Of a stretch of DNA of 45,028 bases, positions 39,170-45,028 are shown piece by piece. This DNA comes from a virus. Lineage: Duplodnaviria; Caudoviricetes. The stretch spans positions 1 through 45,028 of the IMG/VR virus record IMGVR_UViG_3300031519_000043; one strand, written 5' to 3'. The notes under the pieces were generated by a model, which was not told where the DNA came from, did no database searches, and saw only the letters and a program-made list of their open reading frames with translations. The translations under genes and the position numbers were made by a program. Position 1 is the stretch's first letter. The number at the start of each line of letters is the position of its first letter.

Positions 39170-39742
39170 ATGGCCAAATCAAAAGGTGAACATTATGTGG
39201 ATAACAAAGTTTTTCTACAGGCGATGATTGAGTGGAAAGAAGCGTGCAAGCTTTCAAAAGAAGACGATGATGGACGGAAACCCGCTGTAACAAACTACAT
39301 TGGTGAATGTTTTTTGAAGATTGCAACGCATCTGTCTTACCGCCCCAATTTTATTAACTACACATACAAGGATGATATGATTTCAGATGGCATCGAAAAC
39401 TGCTTACAATATGCTTCGAACTTCAATCCAGAAAAGTCAAACAACCCTTTCGCATACTTTACCCAAATCATCTACTACGCATTCATCAGAAGAATTCAAA
39501 AAGAAAAGAAGCAAACTCACGTTAAAAACAGAATCGTAGCGGGTAGTAACTACCAATCCTATGATACTATGCCGGGCGATTCAACTAGTTATAGTATTGA
39601 TAATTCCTTTGCAATGGACAATCTTCCAATGGAAGATGTTTATAAAACTAAGAAGACAGAAAAAAAAAGTAAAAAAGGACTAGAAAATTTTATGGATGAT
39701 GATGATATTGATAAGGTGGCGATTCGGGGTGACGAGCGTTGA
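39170..39742 (+). CDS. gp55: Late-transcription sigma factor gp55
   Basis: HYVDNKVF, YIGECFLKIATHLSYRPNFINY, DMISDGIENC, NPFAYFTQIIYYAFIRRIQKEKKQ. Confidence 0.96.
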   Translation: MAKSKGEHYVDNKVFLQAMIEWKEACKLSKEDDDGRKPAVTNYIGECFLKIATHLSYRPNFINYTYKDDMISDGIENCLQYASNFNPEKSNNPFAYFTQIIYYAFIRRIQKEKKQTHVKNRIVAGSNYQSYDTMPGDSTSYSIDNSFAMDNLPMEDVYKTKKTEKKSKKGLENFMDDDDIDKVAIRGDER

Positions 39743-40794
39743 AGATTGCAATTATAACTGACACTCACTTTGGTGCCAGAAATGATAATCAAAACATCAA
39801 TGATTATTTCTACAAATTCTATGACGATGTGTTTTTCCCCACTCTAGTTGAGAGGGGAATTACTACCTGTGTTCATATGGGTGATGTTACAGATCGTAGA
39901 AAGTTCATCAGTTTTAAAACTGCTAGTGATTTTAGGCAGAGGTTCATCAACAGATTTTCTGAGTTGGGAATTGACCTTCATCTTATCATTGGTAATCATG
40001 ACACCTTTTATAAGAACACCAACGAAGTCAATTCAATGGAAGAGCTGGTAGGTTCTGATAGGTGTAACATCTATACTGGCCCACAGGTTGTGGAGTTTGA
40101 TGACTGTCCTATTCAGTTTATGCCGTGGATTAATGCTGGTAATTATGAAGTTGTAATGAATGCATTGAAGACTTCCCCCGCACAGATTTTGATGGGTCAT
40201 TTAGAAGTAAATGGCTTTGAGATGCACAAGGGACATAAATCTGAAGGTGGGTGGGATAAAGAAATGTTCCGTAGGTTTGACCTATGCTTTAGTGGACACT
40301 TTCATCACAAATCAGATGATGGTCACATATATTATTTGGGCACTCCGTATGAGATTACTTGGAGTGATCACAATGATCCGAAAGGTTTTCACATCTTTGA
40401 TACAGAGAATCGAGAACTAGAACGTATCATTAATCCCCATAGTATTTTTGAGAAGATTTACTATGATGATACTGCAACAGATTACACTAATGAAGATGTG
40501 TCTAAGTATAAAGAGAAATATGTAAAACTGATTGTAGTCAACAAGAAAGACTTGTATCAATTCGACAAATTCACAGATAGGTTGTTACAGGCTGACGCAT
40601 TTGAGGTCAAGATTATCGAAGACTTCTCTGAGTTGGATGCTGACAATGTATCTGATGATATCGTAAATAATACTGAAGACACCATGACACTACTAGAAAA
40701 ATACATTGACCAGTTGGATGTTACTTTAAGCAAGGACCGATTGAAGAACACGATGCGGTCACTTTACAGTGAGGCACAAGATTTAGAGCTATGA
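39739..40794 (+). CDS. gp47: Recombination endonuclease subunit gp47 (Mre11/SbcD-like)
   Basis: ITDTHFG, GD..DRRK, GNHD, GHLE, SGHFH; TTG start overlapping the gp55 stop. Confidence 0.95.
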   Translation: MKIAIITDTHFGARNDNQNINDYFYKFYDDVFFPTLVERGITTCVHMGDVTDRRKFISFKTASDFRQRFINRFSELGIDLHLIIGNHDTFYKNTNEVNSMEELVGSDRCNIYTGPQVVEFDDCPIQFMPWINAGNYEVVMNALKTSPAQILMGHLEVNGFEMHKGHKSEGGWDKEMFRRFDLCFSGHFHHKSDDGHIYYLGTPYEITWSDHNDPKGFHIFDTENRELERIINPHSIFEKIYYDDTATDYTNEDVSKYKEKYVKLIVVNKKDLYQFDKFTDRLLQADAFEVKIIEDFSELDADNVSDDIVNNTEDTMTLLEKYIDQLDVTLSKDRLKNTMRSLYSEAQDLEL

Positions 40795-42503
40795 TTCATT
40801 TTGAGAATGTGAGATGGAAGAACTTTCTGTCAACTGGTAATAACTTTACAGAAATTCAGTTAGATAGAAATTCTACCACATTAATTATTGGAGAAAACGG
40901 CGCAGGTAAATCTACTATTCTTGATGCTTTATGTTTCGGTTTATTTGGTAAGCCTTTTCGTAATATCAACAAACCTCAACTTCTAAACTCTGTCAATGGC
41001 AGTGCTGCACTGGTAGAGGTGGAGTTTCGTATTGGAACCAAGAAGGTTAAGGTTGTTCGTGGTATTAAACCAAACGTGTTTGAGATTTATGTTAATGGTA
41101 AGTTGTATAACCAAGACGCTAACTCCCGTGACTACCAGAAGTATCTTGAACAGCAAATCCTAAAGCTGAACTATCGTAGTTTCACTCAGGTTGTTATTCT
41201 GGGTAGCTCCACATTCATTCCCTTTATGCAATTGAAGTCTAAACATCGCCGTGAGGTTGTTGAGGAAATCCTTGACATTCAGATTTTCTCACTTATGAAT
41301 ATGCTTCTCAAACAAAAATTAAAGACTATCTCTGATGATATGCGTGAAGCTGATTACCACTATAGTTTAACTGGGGAGAAGATTTCTCTACAGGAGAAGT
41401 ATATTGCAGATGTAGAACAGAACAGGGAAAAAATTATTAAAGAAAAGACTTTTCTGGTTGATGGTAATGAGGAAGAAATCTTCAAGAAGAGGTCTAGAAT
41501 TGCTAACCTTGAGAGTGACACTTCTAATATGCATGAGAAGATTTCTAACTCTGCAAAGATTGAAGAGAAGTTTAGTAAACTCAAGGACATTCAGTCTCAG
41601 TTGAAAGAAAAACATAGGGCGCATAGCAAACTGATTAATTTCTTTGAGAATAATGAGGATTGCCCAACGTGTCAACAACATATTGATGAATCGTTCAAAG
41701 ATGATATGATTGAGAAAGAAAACTCCAAGTCAGAAAAACTCAATTCTGGAATGGGAGAACTTCTAGAGGAATTGAAACAAACACAGGCTAAGGTCAATAT
41801 CATCAACGAGGTCAATCAGAACATACAGACAAACAGGGTTGATATTGCAAAAGAGAACAGTTCACTAGTTCAACTAGAAAAGTTCAATGCGACACTGCAA
41901 GCAGAAATTGGTGGATTACAGTGCGGCAAGGTAAATAAGGGTGATTATGAAAAACTGAATGAGTTAAAGGAAACTCTTTCTGGTTTTGATATGCAGAAGG
42001 CAAAGTTGCGTGAAGAACAGACCTACTCAGAAGCTTCACGAAGTATGTTACAGGATACGGGCATCAAGACCAAGATCATCAAGCAGTATCTTCCTATCAT
42101 GAATAAGTTGATTAATACCTACCTTACGTCAATGGAGTTCTATGTGAACTTCACATTGAACGAGAATTTTGAGGAAACCATCAAGTCACGGTATCGTGAT
42201 GAGTTTACCTACGATTCGTTTAGTGAGGGTGAGAAGATGCGTATTGACCTTGCACTGTTGTTCACATGGAGAGCGGTTGCAAAGATGAAGAACAGCACAA
42301 ACACGAACCTGTTGATATTGGATGAAATCTTTGATAGCTCTTTGGACGGCACAGGCACAGATGAATTCCTAAAGATACTCAATACTTTGGGAGATGAAAA
42401 CGTATTTGTGATCAGTCATAAACAGGACGCACTCGCAGACAAGTTCCGAAGCACAATCAAATTTGAGAAAATTAAAAACTTCAGTCATGTTGCAGTTAAT
42501 TAA
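40791..42503 (+). CDS. gp46: Recombination ATPase subunit gp46 (Rad50/SbcC-like)
   Basis: WKNFLSTGN, GENGAGKST, CPTC zinc hook, FSEGEK signature, LILDEIFD, ISH. Confidence 0.96.
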   Translation: MIHFENVRWKNFLSTGNNFTEIQLDRNSTTLIIGENGAGKSTILDALCFGLFGKPFRNINKPQLLNSVNGSAALVEVEFRIGTKKVKVVRGIKPNVFEIYVNGKLYNQDANSRDYQKYLEQQILKLNYRSFTQVVILGSSTFIPFMQLKSKHRREVVEEILDIQIFSLMNMLLKQKLKTISDDMREADYHYSLTGEKISLQEKYIADVEQNREKIIKEKTFLVDGNEEEIFKKRSRIANLESDTSNMHEKISNSAKIEEKFSKLKDIQSQLKEKHRAHSKLINFFENNEDCPTCQQHIDESFKDDMIEKENSKSEKLNSGMGELLEELKQTQAKVNIINEVNQNIQTNRVDIAKENSSLVQLEKFNATLQAEIGGLQCGKVNKGDYEKLNELKETLSGFDMQKAKLREEQTYSEASRSMLQDTGIKTKIIKQYLPIMNKLINTYLTSMEFYVNFTLNENFEETIKSRYRDEFTYDSFSEGEKMRIDLALLFTWRAVAKMKNSTNTNLLILDEIFDSSLDGTGTDEFLKILNTLGDENVFVISHKQDALADKFRSTIKFEKIKNFSHVAVN

Positions 42504-42993
42504 AGATTGGCCTGATACACCTGACAGCACAAGTAATGCAGATTGTTATTTTCTGTACGAAACATGCCTAGAGTACAAACCAAAAAAGATATTGGAGATT
42601 GGAACCCTAGTTGGTAAATCTGCATATGCGATGGCTCTTGGTAGTGATTGTGAGATACACACTGTAGATAAGAATAGAGACAGGTTCATAGTTCATGAGG
42701 GTTTTGAGAGAATTATAAGATACCCCGACACAGAAAGCATGGAGTTTTGGGACAGGGGTATATCTGATTTTGATTTTGTATTTGTAGACGGATGGTTAAA
42801 ATTTGAAGATTGTGAAAATATTTTTGAGAAAACACTTGACAATTTTTGGTTTTTGTGTCATGATTATAGATTCAATGATAAGGGTGAAGAAGTGGTGAAT
42901 AGAATGTTAAAAGAGGGTATGAAAAGAAATTATGACTTTGATATATCTGAGGGGGGGGAGTGTTGCGCTCTGGTGAAATTTGGGAAAACGTAG
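42487..42993 (+). CDS. Class I SAM-dependent methyltransferase (Methyltransf_24-like, small-molecule/sugar type)
   Basis: KPKKILEIGTLVGKSA, IHTVD, FDFVFVDG, LCHDY. Confidence 0.8.
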   Translation: MLQLIKDWPDTPDSTSNADCYFLYETCLEYKPKKILEIGTLVGKSAYAMALGSDCEIHTVDKNRDRFIVHEGFERIIRYPDTESMEFWDRGISDFDFVFVDGWLKFEDCENIFEKTLDNFWFLCHDYRFNDKGEEVVNRMLKEGMKRNYDFDISEGGECCALVKFGKT

Positions 42994-43504
42994 TGACTTT
43001 GAACGCAAACCTAGAGACTTCTATCCTACACCGATGGAAGCAGTAGAACCTCTATTACCGCATTTACCAGAGGGATTTAAGTTTGCAGAGCCTTGTGCTG
43101 GCAATGGTGTGTTGATTGATCATCTAGAGACAAAGGGAACTTGTATGTGGGCCAGTGACATTGAACCACAAGCAAAAGGAATACATACGAGCCCATACGA
43201 TAAAATAGGGTTTGATGAACTTGTCGAATCAGATTATGTAATCACAAATCCGCCATGGGACAGGAAAGTGCTTCATCCTATGATAGATCACTTTGCTCCA
43301 CAACGTCCTACTTGGCTGTTGTTTGATGCGGATTGGATGCATACTAAACAGAGTCAACCTTATATGCCGTTTTTACATAAGATTGTAAGTGTAGGTAGAA
43401 TTAAGTGGTTTGGTAATATGACAGGCAAAGACAATTGTGCGTGGTATTTGTTTGATAAGCAAACTCTACCAGATTTCGGTACAACTTTTTATGGGAGAAC
43501 ATAA
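42980..43504 (+). CDS. Small amino (N6-adenine/N4-cytosine) DNA methyltransferase
   Basis: DFYPTP, FAEPCAGNG (motif I), SDI, VITNPPW (motif IV); TTG start. Confidence 0.8.
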   Translation: MGKRSDFERKPRDFYPTPMEAVEPLLPHLPEGFKFAEPCAGNGVLIDHLETKGTCMWASDIEPQAKGIHTSPYDKIGFDELVESDYVITNPPWDRKVLHPMIDHFAPQRPTWLLFDADWMHTKQSQPYMPFLHKIVSVGRIKWFGNMTGKDNCAWYLFDKQTLPDFGTTFYGRT

Positions 43505-44091
43505 TGACAGTTAATTCAGACGGGTGGAATAAGCAACCACACTACACACAACACGAACTAGATGTAATGAAGAGGATGTTCGGTTCACAATTGGTTTCTG
43601 TAACGAACTCAATTCTAAAGAACCCACTGGAGTCCTGTTCTATTGGTTTGGACCGCAAGGAGCTACATGATCGTTTGCTCAGTGCAATGGAACATTATCA
43701 GGGTATTGGATTATCTGCGAATCAGATTGGTATTCAAGAACGTGCCTTCATCATGTATTCAGATATTAAGAAAAAAGAGACGATCACCTGTTTTGACCCC
43801 CTGATCACAGAGTATCAACTTGAAAAGATCATTATGGATGAGGGTTGCTTAACATGGCCCGGCCTGTGGTTGAAGGTGCCACGCTCAGAGGGTATCCGGT
43901 GTATATACTATGATGTGGACGGGGAACTGGTACAGGTAGAGATGCACGGACTTGAATCACGAATCTTCCAGCATGAGTATGACCATATGGAAGGAACGAA
44001 CTTCACTCAACGGGTCAGTAGACTAAAGTTGAACATGGCAAAACGTAGAGCGTCAAAGATGATGAAGAAGTCACTTCTATCGATGAAATAG
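43504..44091 (+). CDS. def: Peptide deformylase
   Basis: GIGLSANQIG, EGCLT, FQHEYDHMEG. Confidence 0.93.
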   Translation: MTVNSDGWNKQPHYTQHELDVMKRMFGSQLVSVTNSILKNPLESCSIGLDRKELHDRLLSAMEHYQGIGLSANQIGIQERAFIMYSDIKKKETITCFDPLITEYQLEKIIMDEGCLTWPGLWLKVPRSEGIRCIYYDVDGELVQVEMHGLESRIFQHEYDHMEGTNFTQRVSRLKLNMAKRRASKMMKKSLLSMK

Positions 44092-44105
44092 ACCAAAATC
44101 GTGAT

Positions 44106-44127
44106 AGTGTGATAAAAATGTCACACT
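44106..44127. repeat. Inverted repeat AGTGTGA-N8-TCACACT (operator or weak terminator)
   Basis: Perfect 7-bp arms between def and the early promoters. Confidence 0.5.
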
Positions 44128-44171
44128 TTCCCTAAATATCATATAAAACGACATTAGAGCTCATTATTCCT

Positions 44172-44200
44172 TTGACTTATCCTACCCAGTATGTTACTGT
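44172..44200 (+). promoter_or_regulatory. sigma70-type early promoter 1
   Basis: TTGACT-N17-TACTGT with extended -10 TG. Confidence 0.7.
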
Positions 44201-44229
44201 AAGGTATGATAAGAAATAAGGAAATAGAG

Positions 44230-44385
44230 ATGACCAAGAAAACACGAGGATATACCGTCAAATACAAGTTGTATGGTAAGATCAATTTCGAGAAGAAATT
44301 CGAGACTGCCAAGGAAGCAAAAGGTTTCTTCTTTGGATACGTTGTGAAGACCCCGAATGTCACTGGCGAATTAATTTGGAACTAG
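44230..44385 (+). CDS. Small early hypothetical protein (51 aa, MTKKTRGYTVKYKLYGKINFEKKFETAKEAKGFFFGYVVKTPNVTGELIWN)
   Basis: Not in the ORF track; behind early promoter 1 with SD AAGGA; in-frame upstream ATG at 44206. Confidence 0.65.
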   Translation: MTKKTRGYTVKYKLYGKINFEKKFETAKEAKGFFFGYVVKTPNVTGELIWN

Positions 44386-44398
44386 GCTAAGATTCTTG

Positions 44399-44427
44399 TT
44401 GACAAAACCTCTTTCGTATGGTAATGT
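44399..44427 (+). promoter_or_regulatory. sigma70-type early promoter 2
   Basis: TTGACA-N17-TAATGT with extended -10 TG. Confidence 0.75.
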
Positions 44428-44432
44428 AAGGT

Positions 44433-45028
44433 ATGATGAAAAATAAATCGACACTCGCAAAACTCCTCGCTGAAGAGGATATCTTCGTTGTCCACAAGAA
44501 GATGGACACGGCATATTTCAATCCCAAGTCACGGGAACTGGGTCTGCCCATCTGGAAGGATGAGGAGATGACCAAAGATATCTATGACCTGATGGTTTGC
44601 CATGAGATTGCTCACGCACTCTGGACGCCTCTCGATATGCTTGAGAAGGCACAGGTTCGTAATATCAATCACTCGTTTGTGAATATCGTTGAAGACGCCC
44701 GTATCGAACGGATGGTGCAGGATCGGTATCCCGGCTCTGTTGCAGTCTTCAATCGTGGATATTGTGACCTGACTGCCAAAGATTTCTTCGGTATTGCTGA
44801 CAAGGATGTTTCTGAGTTGAACCTGATTGATCGGATCAATCTGTTCTTCAAGAAACAGAAGGTTGAGTTTACTGCTGAAGAAAAGGTCTGGGTCAAGCGG
44901 GTTGCAGAAACCAAGACTCCAGAAGATGTTCTGAACCTCTCTGAAGAGCTCTACGCTTGGATGGCAGAGAATGCTCCAGAAGAAGAGTCTGACGATGAGA
45001 AAACCATGTCTGACCCCAACGGTGAGTC
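44433..45028 (+). CDS. Partial (runs off the window): HEXXH metallopeptidase-like/CobT-like protein of marine T4-like phages
   Basis: MMKNKSTLAKLLAEEDI..TAYFN...RELGLPIW...YDLMVCHEIAHALWTP...NIVEDARIE; no stop seen before the window end. Confidence 0.8.
   Translation, partial: MMKNKSTLAKLLAEEDIFVVHKKMDTAYFNPKSRELGLPIWKDEEMTKDIYDLMVCHEIAHALWTPLDMLEKAQVRNINHSFVNIVEDARIERMVQDRYPGSVAVFNRGYCDLTAKDFFGIADKDVSELNLIDRINLFFKKQKVEFTAEEKVWVKRVAETKTPEDVLNLSEELYAWMAENAPEEESDDEKTMSDPNGE

Noticed and set aside
42951-42958. G8 tract as a slippage switch fusing the two methyltransferases
   Set aside because: The required frame hits TGA at 42974-42976 before the second gene, so no fusion is possible
44154-44914. 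Minus-strand ORFs at the right end
   Set aside because: They overlap better-supported + strand genes that have promoters and recognisable motifs
1-45028. CRISPR arrays, rRNA, integrase/transposase, introns or inteins in gp17/gp20/gp23/uvsW
   Set aside because: No regularly spaced short repeats or such motifs were seen; the core genes are of normal length and uninterrupted

Overview
A 45-kb segment of a T4-like (marine, Kyanoviridae/pelagiphage-style) myovirus genome, almost entirely on the + strand. In order it holds: a 3005-aa repeat-mosaic virion fibre with a gp9/gp10-type N-terminal anchor and two associated genes; a ~9-kb late-expressed island of tailoring enzymes (carbamoyltransferase, SGNH hydrolase, an unannotated 35-aa micro-ORF, radical SAM, two glycosyltransferase-like proteins, methyltransferase, Asp/Asn beta-hydroxylase-like oxygenase, QueC-like protein); the core morphogenesis block (gp13, two tandem gp14, gp15-gp23, gp3), interrupted by a thermonuclease, an AsnB-like amidotransferase and an antisense degenerate HNH gene; uvsY, uvsW, gp55, gp47, gp46, two methyltransferases and peptide deformylase; and the start of an early region. 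The most notable observations are the candidate virion-decoration (hydroxylate-glycosylate-tailor) pathway beside the giant fibre, strict avoidance of CCWGG in every Pro-Gly codon pair found, a duplicated gp14, a candidate ~120-nt late-promoter-driven structured RNA between gp3 and uvsY, leaderless late genes and an antisense sigma70 promoter opposite gp55. All calls come from motif recognition by eye; no database searches were run.
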